A stretch of DNA of 64,000 nucleotides from Callorhinchus milii (lineage: Eukaryota). The position numbers and the translations under genes are program-made. The stretch is taken from positions 54,562,001 to 54,626,000 of the forward strand of contig NW_024704743.1 of NCBI RefSeq assembly GCF_018977255.1, given 5' to 3'. Shown in pieces: positions 12,346 through 25,710 of this stretch; position 1 is the first letter of the stretch; every line of letters begins with the position of its first letter. Under the pieces are notes generated by a model. The model saw only the letters and a list, made by a program, of their open reading frames with translations, was not told the origin of the DNA and searched no databases.

Positions 12346-13727
12346 ACAAAGGCAAGCTATATGGTTTTAGCCGATTAGAGTCCAGCAGTACCCCACCGCA
12401 TAAAAGGTAAACAGAAGGTGATAGAGACAAAGATTAGACAAGTGCATGATTAAATAGTTTTAACATTCACACATTTACAATTGTAAGTAAATATGTAAAA
12501 GAATTTCACAATGGTTTCTTGAAAAGTGTTTTTATAACTGAATTTAATGACATTTAATTTATACATATATTTTGAAAAAGCTATAGCTCACTTAAAATAA
12601 ATAATTGAATAATCTATTAATGGCTTGAAACAGCGCTGCAGAGTTCATTTACCTTTGCAAGTATTTCACAACAACTCTTATTGTGCAGATGGCTGAACTG
12701 ATTAAAATACATGTTTGCCTTAACTCTCTCTGCTTTACCTCAGCAAATGTATAATCGTTATTGTCGGGTTACATAAGATTGACCAGGGTAGCCTCCAATG
12801 CCAAATCATTGTGTGTCAGCCTTACTCAGGGGTGGGGTAGTACCCGTGATGCTGGGTCAGATATTGTGGGATCAAGTCTCATATTGGGAATTTGGACTCA
12901 TATACTCCAAGCTGACAATCCAATGCAGTATCAGGGGATGTGCTACATTGTCTAAGGTGCTGTCTGTTATTTGAGTTGTTAGCCAGGTGTCTGACACATG
13001 TGGAAATACATCACCATGCTTAAGAGTACCATAGCAAACTGAAGATTTGATGTATCCCATCTACACATGGAATGTCCCGTTTATTGGAATGGAATGTGGA
13101 CTTGTTCCTTGTAGTGACACATCCTACTTCCCTAATTGTGGAAAGTAATAGGCACAGGCTGCTGAGAGCTAAGTATTGGGTCCCCAGAATGTGCCTTGGG
13201 TTAGTAGTTTAACCAGCTAAAACTGCAAAGGTTGCCTTTGAATGTACAACAATTTGCATTTATACAGCACACTTCATGTAGGGTAGAGTCTTGGAGCACT
13301 GAATCATGGCAGAGCCGGGGGAGGAAGGAGGTGACCTTAAGCAGGAAGGTCTTCAGGCGTGATCTGAAAAGGGGGAAGGAGGGGGCAAGGAGGAGAGATT
13401 AAGGGAAATATTTCCAAAGTTTTGGGACATAGTAGTGGAAAGCACAACCGCTGATGGTGGAGCAGAGGGCCGAAGGACAATTGGGAGGCAGACTCAGCTG
13501 AGCGAAGGCAGTAGGTGGTGGAATGAGGAGTAAGCAGGTCAGAGAGTAGGGAGGTGCCAGGGTGTGACGGGATTTGTAGACAAGTTTGAGATACAGTACT
13601 GTCTGCAAATCTTTGCCCAGGTGCTTGCAAGGCGAGTGCTCTAACCATTGAGCTACAGGACTCCACTATGTATTAAATAGTAGCATAATATGCACGGCAT
13701 CATGCTTTGCCATTGTCAAGCGCTCTA

Positions 13728-14045
13728 TGTGGCGTCCTGTAGCTCAGTGGTTAGAGCAAGCGAGAGACCTGAGTTCAATTCCAGGCAGGACAAAACCTTG
13801 GGCAAGTTTCCTTACTCCACACACCTAATAATAATCTCTCCAAAACCAAAACCAATAATAAATTGGTCATTTTCAATCTACGACTGTTTGTGGGACATTG
13901 CTACATTGCTGTGCGCAATTGGCTGCCGCGTTCGCCTACAAATATACAGTCAATTCACTTTACAGTGTGTTCTGTGAAGCGCTTTGGGACGTCCTCCTGA
14001 TGTGAAAAGCGCTATATCAAATGCAAGGATTATTATTATTATTAT
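13728..14045 (+). mobile_element. Young tRNA-derived SINE (short deletion in the head)
   Basis: Near-identical to the copies at 9191, 24572 and 38657. Confidence 0.9.
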
Positions 14046-14929
14046 GTGAGCGGCGCTATATAAATGCAAGTTGTTGTTGCACTAGCATAATACAAAACTG
14101 GAAACAAACACTTTACATTTTGCCTGAGACTTGCTATTTTATAAACAACTAAATCTGCAAATGCCCATCAACTTACATATTGTTTTTTTAAATTTGTTGG
14201 ACTTGTCTTCATTAAACTTATAAAATGTACAAAATTAACAATTTCAACAGACAACAGGTCATGAACAAGAACCTAGTGACATATTAATGATAAGCGTTGC
14301 AAACACCGTACCTAGTTAAATAAAATATTATTGATATAAATATTTCAGCAACACAAATTATATTTTAGACACTTTTTAAATAGATCACCAAATTTCCCAA
14401 AGTGAGCCTCCATAATATAACACCGTGATTCTCTTAGGAAGAGAGGAAATGCAAAAAAGGGTTTACTATACCTTATGGTTTCCTCAATCATGTAGTAGCA
14501 ATAAACAATGAAAGAGAAGTCCTCGACTTAGTAGAAAGCCTGCGGCAGTTATTCACAGTGTTAGCAGTGCAAAGAGCATTTGTTTTACAGGGAAAACATT
14601 TCAGGGAATGTGTCAATGATTAGCTCAGCACCTTCTATGAGAAACTCCATAAAAGTTTGTTATCTGTTAGTTAGCTGACTGAAGATTGATTGCAGGACTG
14701 TAAATTTGTAATAAGACTCTTGCCTCACTGCAAAGCTATTCCTGGCAGACAGTACCTGCAAACCTACGACACTGTCAGGCAAGGCAAATCTATTAGATTC
14801 ATATATTATGTCTCACATTATGGATATTGTTCTTGAAAAGGTGGACATTTGTGCAAAACTGCCAGGCAATTAATGTGTGCCAGGTTGGATCAATTGGTAA
14901 CACTCTTGCCTATTAACACTTGCCTTATA

Positions 14930-15187
14930 AGTAGAGAGACTGGGTTCATTTCCCGGCAGTCGAAACCTTGGGCAAGTTTTCTCGCTTCACGTGCTTGATA
15001 ATAATCCCTCAAGAAAAAAACAATAATAAATTGGTCACTTCAATCCACGACTGTTTGTGGGACATTGCTGTGCGCAATTGGCTGCCGCGTTCGCCCACAA
15101 ATATACAGTCAATTCACTTTACAGTGTGTTCTGTGAAGCGCTTTGGGACGTCCTCCCGACGTGAAAAGCGCTATATCAAATGCAAGG

Positions 15188-15218
<31 letters not shown>

Positions 15219-15280
15219 TGTGAAGTGCTTTGAGACGTCTAGAAGATGTGAAAAGCGCTATATCAAATGCAAGGATTATA
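14930..15280 (+). mobile_element. SINE with a tandemly duplicated 3' tail
   Basis: The tail unit tctgtgaag...aaagcgctatatcaaatgcaaggattat occurs twice, separated by (ATT)n. Confidence 0.88.
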
Positions 15281-15616
15281 TTTTTTTATTTTATTCCATG
15301 GCTGTTTGGGTGAAATTGCTGTGAGTAAAATTGGCCGCTGCATTCATCCACAAAACACACACCGTGATTCCGCTTTACAATACATCCTGTAAACTGCTTT
15401 GGAATGTCCGTTTGACAAAACTATTTTCACCCAAATTTAAAATGACAAAAAAAGTGTTGTAATAAAATGAACTATTATAAATTTGAATAAAATCATACAA
15501 TACCAATTATCAGGATTTGATTATTGTGATTTCATTCTTTGGGGACAGTAAAAACAGTAATTGTATTCTAGGTTTTCTATATTGAACACAAGATCGATAC
15601 AAAACATTGGTTAGAC

Positions 15617-16440
15617 CAGTGTGGTCCAAACTTTTGGTTGCCACGGGCCGCATTCCCATTTGAGAGAGGACCCGGGCTATATCCTGCCCCAGACCATTTC
15701 CACCATTCCAACTTCCGCTCCCTCCCTCCCTGGTGAACGTCCTCTCAGGGTAGTGGCAGGAGCTGGTGGTTGGGGCACAGAGCCTTTAATGCAGTCTTTC
15801 AGGAAGGCAAGCGGGTCTCTCACCAACCACATCCTTAGCAACCAATCCCTGGCTCTCTGCAGATAGTGACCAGGGCCTGGGAGATTGGGAGAGATAGTGG
15901 GGTGGGGAGAGGGGGGGTGGGGGGTGAGAGTGTGAGGGGGGGAGAGAAAGAGGGGGGAAGGGGGACAGAGAGGTGGAGGTGGGAGGACATTCTCTGCCAC
16001 TCTCTCTCAGGCACTTGCTCTCTCCTCTCTCCTTCTTACACTCTCCCCCTCTCACACTCCCTTAATCTCTCTGCTCTCCCTCTCTCAATCACTACATCAC
16101 AGTCGCTCTCTCTCTCTCCCCATTTCTTACCTCTCATACATATACATTTTGTCCTCACCCCCACTCTTCCCCCCCCCCTCTCCCCGCACCTCTCTCTCCC
16201 AGGCCCTGGTCACTATCTGCAGAGAGCCAGGGATTGGTTGCTAAGGACGTGGTTGGTGAGAGACCCGCTTGCCTTCCTGAAAGACTGCAGTAAAGGCTCT
16301 GTCCGCTGTGTCCCCCCAACCGCCAGCTCCTGCTACTGCCCTGGGAGGACGTTCACCAGGGAGGGAGGGAGAGGAAGGTGGAATGGTGGAAATGGTCTTG
16401 GGCAGCATAAAATCACCTGCCTCTGGACAGGCAGTTACAG
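15617..16440. mobile_element. Foldback/MITE-like element with about 205-215 bp inverted arms and a hAT-like left end
   Basis: 15680-15884 is a close reverse complement of 16195-16409. The left end cagtgtggtccaaacttttg resembles hAT/Charlie termini; the right terminus is unclear. Confidence 0.7.
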
Positions 16441-16544
16441 ACAAAATGTTCACAGCCACGAAGTGGGAATAGTGAAGTTTTACTAGGATAATACACGGGG
16501 CAAGATACAACAACAACATTTTGTATTTACATCTCACCCTTCAT

Positions 16545-17960
16545 CATCAACAACAACAACAACAAAATTACATTTATAGAGCGCCTTTCACGTCAGGAGG
16601 ACGTCCCAAAGCGCTGAACAGTCAGGTGTCGGGGCTCGAGCATGGGGGAGGGGTGGTGTAGGTGTGAGGAAAGACAGAAAGGTGGGAGGGAGACCAAAGG
16701 CACGGTCGAAGAGAAGGGTCTTGAGACCGGCATTGAAGGAGGCAAGGGAGGAAGCGAGACGAAGGAACTGTGGGATTCAGTTCCAGAGTGTGGGGGCAGA
16801 GAAGCTGAAAGCTCGGCCACCGATGGTAGGGCAGGTCGAGCGGGAGACATGGAGCAGGTCGGTGCCTGATGAACGGAGGGAGCGGGCAGGTTGGTATGGA
16901 GTCAGCAGGTCAGACAGGAAGGAGGGGACAAGGCCATGGATGGCCTTAAATGTGAGGATGAGGATCTTGAATTCAATCCTCTGGGGGATGGGGAGCCATT
17001 GGAGTCGGGCAAGGGTGGGAGTGATGGGGTTGCAGAGCCTGGTGCGTGAGAGTACACAAGTTGCAGAGTTTTGGATCATCTGCAGCTTGTGAAGGGAAGA
17101 GTTGGGAAGGCTGATGAGGAGGGAGTTCCATTAATCGAGCCTTAATGTGACGAATGGTGGGTGAGGGTTTCGGCAGCCTGAGGGGTGAGGGAGTGGCAGA
17201 GTCTGGCGATGTTGCGGAGGTGGTGGTGGCAGTGCCGGTCATGGCGCGAATGTGGGGGCGAAAGCGCAGTTCAGGGTCAAACAAAACACCCAGGTTCCTG
17301 ACTGGCTTAGTGAGGTTGAGTGTGCAGCCATGGAGGCTTGTCTGTCAGTGCCTGAGGTGCAGAGGCGTTGGCGTGAGCCAATCAGCAGGGCCTTGGTCTT
17401 GCTGACGTTGAGTTGGAGAATGTTGTCCCTCATCCAGGACTTGATGTCGGACAGGCAGTCGGTCAGGACGCCAGTGTTCCTGGAGTTGAGGGTGGAGACA
17501 GAGCGATAAGAGTTGGGTTGAGGACAGAGCCCTGAGGGACACCGCACGAGACTGTGCGGGGGCTGGAGGAGAAGCCCTTTGCCGTGACGAAGTGGAGGCG
17601 GTGTGAAAGGTAGGATCTGAACCAGTCAAGGACAGAACTTTGAAGGTTGAGGTGGGAGGAGAGGCGGTGGAGGAGGACTGAGTGTTCCATGGTGTTAAAG
17701 GCGGCGGAGAGGTTGAGGAGGATGAGGAATGAGTGGGAGCCCTGGTCGCACATGGTCAGGATGTCGTTTGTGACCTTGACCTGTGGGCAGCACGGAAACC
17801 TGATTGGAGGGGTTCATGGAGGGAGTGAGAGGAGAGGAAAGAGCAAAGCTGGGAGTCAACGGCTCTCTCAAGGACCTTGGATAGAAAAGGGAGATTTCAG
17901 ATGGGCCGGTAGCTAGATAGCTGTGATGGGTTAAGGGAAGGTTTCTTCAAGGTGGTGGTA
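16545..17960 (-). mobile_element. L2 LINE 3' fragment with decayed reverse transcriptase
   Basis: LLNLSAAFNT, GVPQGSVL, QLNVSKT and LQWLPIPQRIEFKIL across shifting frames; (TTG)n tail. Confidence 0.92.
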
Positions 17961-19374
17961 ATAGTGGCTAGGATAATGTAGGATCATCTCCTACATTATG
18001 ATTCATGTAGGATAATGTCCTGGAGCACTGTGAAGGGATGGGAGTTTCAACTAAGACGGTATAATACAATTTACAATACAGAACCAAGACCTATCACACA
18101 GCTGTCAGGGCATCTGATGGGTGTGTAGGGGATGGAGGAAGATGATCAACAGTGGTCAAAGAGAAGAGTCTTAAGTCAGGTGTTGAATGGAGAGGGAGAG
18201 TCGAGTTGGAAGGACTCCAGGAGGGAGTTTCAGTGAGTGGGACCAATGGTAAGGGGAATCGGACAGTGGGCCAATGTTCTCTTGTGCCTATGCTTAAACT
18301 AACAGTTTTTGAAACCTGAGGTGAGAGTGTTATCAACTGAACCAGCATAACTGTAACTTACACATAGGATTGTTTGGGCTATGGAGTAGCTTACCAAAAA
18401 TGGGTGTTGAAAATCGCATCTGTAATCGTACTTGAAAGGAAGTTAGTTGAATGCGTGAGAGAAATAATATTAAAGGGCTCAGAGTAACAGCAGGGACAAA
18501 TGACTCGAGTGGAGAGCTCCAACAGGTTGCTAGCACCAGGATGGACACAATGCTTTGAATAGAGCTGTCTTCTGTGCTGTAAACATTCTGCCCTTTTAGG
18601 ATTCTGATTCTGTAATTCTGTGACTTTTAGACCTGAGGCCAGAAAGCATTTATCACACAGAAGGTTGTGAAGATGCGGAGCACTCTGCCCCAGAAGTTTA
18701 CAAGGGCGGAATTGATAGCCATCGTTTAAAAAACTAAAGATGGACAGATAATAATAATAATAATAATAATCCTTGCATTTAACATAGCCTTATCACGTTG
18801 TTGAGACGTCTCAAAGCGCTTCACAGAATAAACTGTAAAGTGTAGTGATTGTATTTTGTTGGCGAAATGCGGCAGCCAATTGCGCACATACTTCAGTAGT
18901 AGAGGCATATAAGTGTGTGCAAAAGGGCCCAGCACTGGGAATAAAAGATCTACCAAAATCTGGTGGTATTAAACTTGTGGAACAAACTTAGTTTTGCAGA
19001 AACAACCAGCACATAAGCAGAGCAATATAATGCTCCTAACTGAAGTAGAAAATCAACTGCAACGTATGGAGAGCCTGTCTAGTGTCGTGGAGAGGATCAT
19101 GGGAAGAAGCATAGGAATTGGGTGCTGCATCTGCTGTGGTTAGGAAAAATAAGCACATAGGAAAGCAGAAACAGGAGGAAACCATACAGCACTTTGAGAC
19201 AGTTTGCCTCTGCATTCTCTTTTGGATGAGATGTTAAACCAAAATCCTGTGTGCCTGTTCAGGTGGACATTAAAGATAGCATAAAAGAGAAAGATTTTTC
19301 CCGGTATCTTGACTCACAATCTTACAAATGCAAAAGGTTGAAAGGATTATTTATTTAACTAATTGTAATGTAGG

Positions 19375-20720
19375 CAACAACAACAACAACTTGCATTTAT
19401 ATAGTGCCCTCTACGTTGGGCGGCATCCCAGGGCGCTTAATAATAGTGGAGTCCGATGCCGAGCTAGGGGGAGGGGAAAGGTGACCATAGGCACAGTTGA
19501 AGAGGAAGGTCCTCAAGCGCGACCTGAAAATGGGGAAAGAGGAGGCAAGGTGAAGGGATTGAGGGAGGGAATTTCATAGCTATGTGGCGTAGCTGCATAA
19601 GGCATGGCCACTGATGGTCGAGCTGAGAATTTGAGGGACAAGGAGGAGTCCGGAGCCAGTAGAGCGGAGGCAACTGAGGAGAGAGGAGTTGGAGAGATAG
19701 GGGGGTGCCAAGGCATGGAGGGATTTAAACACTAAAGAGAGCATCTTGAAATTGATCCGCTCTGTGACAGGGAGCCAGTGGAGTTTGGCAATGATTGGAG
19801 TAATCGAGATGTACAGTTTAGTGCAGGGGAAAATGTAGGCACGGAGTTTTGGATGAGTTGAATTTGGTGAATAATGAAGGAGGAGAGACTGGCAAGGAGG
19901 GAGTTTGAGCAGTCTAGCTGAGAGGTGATGAAGGCATGGACAAGGATTTCAGCAGCTTGTGGAGTGAGGTATTCTCGGAGACGTGCAATGAGGTGGAAGA
20001 AAGCAATGCTGGTCAGGGACCAGATGTGGGGGGAGGAAGGATCACTGGGGATCGAACCTGACGCTAAGTTGTGCACAGGTTCAAAGAGTTTTAAGGACAG
20101 ATTGGATAGATTGAGGAGGTCTGAACCACAGAACAGAAGATGTTGACGGGAGCCAAAGGATATGGTTTCCATCTTGTTGATGTTTAACTGCAAGAAGTTT
20201 GTGCTCATCCAGGCCTTGATGTCTGTCAGACAAACTGACAGTACATCAGAGGACTGGGGGTCGCAGCTGGAAGAGGAGAAGTAGAGTTGAGTGTCATCAG
20301 CAAACATGTGGAAGTTAAACCCGTGTCTGCGGATGACATCACCAAGAGGGAGCATGTAGATAAGGAAGAGAATGGGGCCAAGGATGGAGCCTTGGGTTAC
20401 CCCGCAGGTGACCAGATGGTGGCAAGAAGAAAAACCATTTGCGGAAATGTAGTGCTGGCAGTTTGTAAGGTAGGATTCAAACCAAGCAAATCTGGTCCCA
20501 CTAAGGTGGATGATGGAAGACAGGCAGTGGAGAAGGATGGCGTGATCTACTGTATCAAATGTGGGAGGATGAGGAAGCAGAGGAGCCCTGATCACAGATA
20601 GAGAGGATATTATTGGTGACTTTCACGAGCGCTCTCTCTACTGTGGGCTGGATGGAAAATGGACTGGAACAGTTTGAATAGCGAGTGGAGGGAGAGGTGT
20701 GCACATAGTTGGTTGGCAAA
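19375..20720 (-). mobile_element. Older L2 LINE fragment
   Basis: ORF 19732..20595: FDTVDHAILL, GVTQGSILGPILF, FADDTQLY. Confidence 0.92.
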
Positions 20721-20929
20721 GGAAGAGGCAGAGAATCAGCAGAATCCTTATATGGTACCATAAGTAGAAATTAATTCAATTAATGAGCCCTGAAGGAGGC
20801 TTTTTGTCAGATTACTATGTTTCATATTTGCCTTGATCATATGACTGATACAAGATCCAAATCTTAAGCCAGTCCTTATTAACATTTTGCTTAAGCTGCT
20901 TCCGCTCACAAGAATATGAAGCCTGCTCA

Positions 20930-21240
20930 ACAACCCATTTGATCTCATGCTCCATATTAACACCCCAGTGGCTTCCTATGACAATATCAAGCTGTTTCTT
21001 AACTGAATCCAGCAATCTGGCTTTAACCACCAACCTTTAACCTGGTATCCTGTTCCAATAAATACGTCCTGGTGTGCTAAAATTGCTCTTTGCAACCCTG
21101 AAACTTTGCCTTCTTATCTGCTGTCTTGGGATATAAAAAGTATTGTTTTGGATTACTGCCACGTTCTCTTTTAGTATCTTATTTACCTCTATAATGTTCT
21201 CTGAAATGTTTCTTTTCAAGGCTGAAGAATCCTATTGTTG
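20930..21240 (-). mobile_element. Decayed CR1-type 3' fragment
   Basis: IIEVNKILK...YWNRIPG and VVKARLLDSVKKQLD resemble the CR1 ORF2 C-terminus. Confidence 0.6.
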
Positions 21241-22095
21241 TTTATATTGTTGTTCATGCCCTATAACACTGGGCATCATCCCTGTTGCTGTCTGCACTGC
21301 CTTCCAAAAGCCAGAAAGAATCTTCCCATGAATGGATTTCTTTACTCCAAACCATTCTTCTGTGCCCAATGCTCGGTTGATGTGCTGTTTTTCCCCTTTT
21401 ATCCTGACCAACAATTCCCCAAATAACATTTTTTCACTTGCCCCATGGGTGTTGTGGGACATTGCTGTATTCAAATTGACTGTTGCATTGTTAAAATACA
21501 AACAATCATTGTACCTTGTGAGCTTTATGCCGATCTCAGCACCACTGAGCTACTGATAGATGATGCAATACCCAGTTTGATGGCGTTCTACAAGTACTAT
21601 CTCAATTTAGATAGCATAGGTGGAAAGTGTCTCAATCCACAACTCCTCTACTGAAACCCCGTAATACCACTGTTCAGTGCACAGGATAAAATAAAGTTCA
21701 CAGGATAAAATAAAAATATAAATCATTCATCAATGTAATGTTAAAATTGGCCATTCACTTCATGGATGTATGTGGGACATTGCGGAGTGCAAATTGGCTG
21801 CCACATTCGCCTAAAAATCACGGGCACTGCATTCTTTATAGCAAATCCTGTAAATCGCTTTGAGATGTTCTCCCAACGTGAAAGTTAGGAAATCAGATAT
21901 CATATGCAAAGATGAATAAATATGAAACAAACTTGTATTTGATAAAATCTTATGGTGTTATTGAAATACCTTGAAGTGCTTCACAGGAAGTTGAACACAG
22001 GAGTTTTTTTGCACACAGCAATATCCCACAAACAGTCAGTGATCAATTTTATCTGGGGATAAATTCCCTTCTCTTTTCCAATAGGGCAGTGGCAT

Positions 22096-22420
22096 GATAA
22101 TAATAATAATCCTTGCATTTGATATAGCCCCTGATTATGTCCTCGAGACGTATCAAAGCATACTGTAAAGTGAATTGACTGTATATTTTGTGGGTGAAAA
22201 GCGGAAGCCAATTGCATACAACCAGTGTCCCATAAACAGTCGTGAATTGAATGACCACATGTTTTTTTGTTTTCATTTTTCTTTTTTTTGAAGGGATTAT
22301 TACCCCAAAAAAGCGATCTGTCATCGACTAACAACGGGGTTCCTACTTACTGTTAGGTAAACAGAGGTGTGTGGAATAATGAAACTTGCCTGATGTTTTG
22401 CCCTGCCTGGGAATCCACCT
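22096..22420 (-). mobile_element. SINE, long-insert subfamily
   Basis: Shares the ctgtttacctaacagtaagtaggaacc..gttgttagtcgat segment with 58542-58920. Confidence 0.8.
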
Positions 22421-24239
22421 GAATAGCAGGCCTCAGTTTAATGTTTCACCGAACGTCAACACATCTGACAATGCAGTATTTCTCCAACACTGAAATGGAA
22501 TGTCAGCCTGAAAAGCTATAAGCTCAAAGTCCTGACTTGGGTCTTGAACCCACAACTTTCTGACTCAGTCTGGAGGGCTACCAATAGAGCCAGGCTGACC
22601 TCAAACTATGACATTCAGAGTTATCAATCTTAGAGCAGTTGCATAATAACATTATTTTTACAGGTACAATTATAAAGAATTATTCCATGCACTTTATTAG
22701 ATATGACATTTGAGATTTGGCAATTTGGAAATTCACAGCATGTCACACATACAACATTTTTTATTATTTTACTTTTTTAAAAACCAGCATTTTGAAGAAA
22801 AACAATCTAGTAAACAACACCAAGACTTTATTGTAAAATCAAATGTTCAATTATTTGGATATTGGAAAGAAAACAAACTCAGGTGGAAAAATGAAATAAA
22901 ATGTATCATTAAGAAGGTACAAGATATCACATATCACTTGGTAAAATTTAGTGAACATGTCACTGACAGTTTGCCTCAGTTAGCACTCTTGACTCTGAGC
23001 CTCTGATTCAGAAGGTAAATTATGGATTCAAGCCACACGTTGGGATTTTGAGATTCATAATCTACAATGGCAAAGCTGGGTTGTGTGAGCGCTACATATG
23101 TGGATAAGTGGTTAACCCGAGTCCTGTTCAGGATGTTAAGTATCACACAGCGCTATTTGAGAGGGGAGTTTCTCTTGGCTAACAATTCTCCAGATAAAAA
23201 TAATGGTCATTCATTCTCTCAATTTATTTTTATTTTATAGTCTTATTTACAGTAGCTTCTTTGTTCCCCATTGATTTTATTTTAAGTTCTCTTTCTCATT
23301 AGAGAGTGTCCCCAGACTAACAGAATAGCCTGGAAAAACCTGTTACTAGCCATATACAATGTTACTGGACAAATGGCCACTAGGTGGCATGCAAGGCTTG
23401 ACAGAAGATTTGGTTACTTCCTCACAGTTTGGATATTATCCAAGGAAAATTTTGTGTACACATTCAACATCTTCTGTATTGCAATGGTTCATATTGGACA
23501 AGGGTGGGAGGGCATTTCTGAAAATTACTGTTTAACTGTTGTGAGCAATTATAATTTTAGAGAACTGTCAACACAGCAACGAGCTTCCCTTTCCCCTATT
23601 CCTCTTGGACAAGAAGTGTCTGGCCACCACTTAGTATTCCTCCACCCCCGCCCTCACACACATTCTGGAGTGCAGTTGAGACTGAAACCTTGCTGCTCTT
23701 AACCCACACCCATGTGCTTTGCGACGGTTCTTCACTCTTAATTTGCATCTCCACGATATGGCTCGCTCTCCCCTCGCAGAGCGTACTCTGTAATCAATTC
23801 TCACTAATGTGTGCAGGAGCTTATCTCTAAGTGTTTCTTGCTAATTGAGATTCTTTCACAACGACAAGTACAGTAGAAACTGGTTTGTGGTCACCTCAGT
23901 AATCCAGCCACCACACAATTGCGGGCACATTTACACAGTCTCTTTCATTGTCAATGTTAAATAGACAGCCTCTGTCTGCTTCAGTAAACCAGGCACCTCA
24001 CTATTCAGGACAACAGTCATTGATTGCAGCCATTACAGTGCCCTCCTCCAGTACAAACAGCCCCTCAACTACTCACCCACACGCAGTGCGCTGGCCTTGG
24101 GCTTCTTGCGTTGTTTCCTCGATGCTGCTGCTGTGGGTGGAATGGGCTCTGGTCACGCTTACGCGGGCGGGAGTGTTGGGATCGGGGCTGCGTGAGCGGG
24201 AAATCGACTTCGCCCATTGCCTAACCTGAGCTCCTCCTT

Positions 24240-24405
24240 ACCTCGCATTTCTCCACATTGAAATTCATCTGCCATGTGTCTGCCCATTTTACCATTCTGT
24301 CTATGTCTTCCTGCAGTTGGCTACTATCCTTCTCACCGTTTGTGTCATCCACAAACTTGGAAATGATACTTGCTATATCCAAGTCCAGATCATTTATTTT
24401 CAAAA
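24240..24405 (-). mobile_element. CR1 reverse transcriptase fragment
   Basis: INDLD..ISKFVDDT..LQEDID..WADTWQMNFNVEKCEV. Confidence 0.85.
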
Positions 24406-24571
24406 ACCTCTGTGACCCAGGATGAACCTCTTTGTGTTACTCCCTCTTATATTGAAAATTAACAGAGCTTGAATGAGACACTGCCAAGAAAACTCAATGG
24501 TGTTTTTATTATGGTTCTTTCAGAATCCCAAACTTCTTGGAAATAGTTCTCAAGTGATTTTGACAAATAAC

Positions 24572-24891
24572 AATAATAATAATAATAATCCTTGCATTTG
24601 ATATAGTGCTTTTCACGTCGGGAGGACGTCCCAAAGCGCTTCACAGAAGACACTGTAAAGTGAATTGACTGTATATTTGTGGGCGAACACGGCAGCCATT
24701 GCGCACAGCAATGTCCCACAAACAGTTGTAGATTGAAAATGACCAATTTATTATTGTTTTTTGGTTTTGGAGGGATTATTATTAGGCGTGTAGAGTAAGG
24801 AAACTTGCCCAAGGTTTCGCCCTGCCTGGAATTGAACTCAGGTCTCTCGCTTGCAAAGCGAGTGCTCTAACCACTGAGCTACAGGACTCCA
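24572..24891 (-). mobile_element. Full-length young tRNA-derived SINE
   Basis: Near-identical to 9191-9508. Confidence 0.92.
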
Positions 24892-25314
24892 CAATTAATT
24901 ACACAAAATAATTAATCAACTTTAACAAATACTGGTTAACGTAGAAAATAAGAATTTGCTAGGTGAAAGACCAAGGTCCATCCAGTTCGTCTTCCACCAG
25001 CCTGGCAGTTGCTTGATTGTCGTGTCCCAAACTATGTATTGTATCCCGAGATTATTTGTTAATAGATCTTCATATCATCATTTTGGGCTTCATGAGGTCA
25101 AGAGCTCTGTACATAGGTTTACATTATGACAGTGAAAATTGCAACAAAAATTATTTTTTTGCCTAAAACAAGACAAATAGTGAGGGAAGAGTTGGGTAGT
25201 CCGGCAAGCAGGAAATTAGCATAGTCAAGCCTGGATGTGATGAAAACATGAATAAAATAATCCATTTTGTTGACAATTATTCAAACTTAAAAAACTCTCT
25301 CCAAGAATTTCACA

Positions 25315-25502
25315 TCACTTAGAAACTTGTGCATTGAAAGTACGTGAGAGGCTCCCTCTTTTGCCAGCAATTGGTTGTGAGTTCCTTGCTCCACAATTCT
25401 ACCGTTCTGTATTACTGCTATCATATCAGCATTCTGAATTGTTGATTACTGGTGAGCAATCACAATGCATGTTCGGCCCTGCCTTGCCTCATCCAAAGCT
25501 TG
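25315..25502 (-). pseudogene. ABCB5: ABCB5 remnant, terminal NBD2 exon, 5'-truncated
   Basis: [54 protein letters not shown], a frameshift, then NAQVSK*. No acceptor site precedes it. Confidence 0.9.
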
Positions 25503-25710
25503 TGAGTGAGGATGGTGGAGTCTGAAATTAACTGAAGCTCATGGATGGTGGAACTAGGGAGAACGGTGAGGATTTTGTTGGAAAAGTCTAGTCACGAGGC
25601 AAAAAGACTTGAATGAGGTTTTCTGTCAGTCACTATTGTAGCAATTTACTTGTTTTGTAAATCATTGATGGATTTGACAAAGAGGAACTCTGCCATTCTT
25701 GGCTACTTAC

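Noticed and set aside
14968..15324. Recurrent ORFs starting MGKF... or ending ...IKCKDYYYY
   Set aside because: Chance translations of the multicopy SINE.
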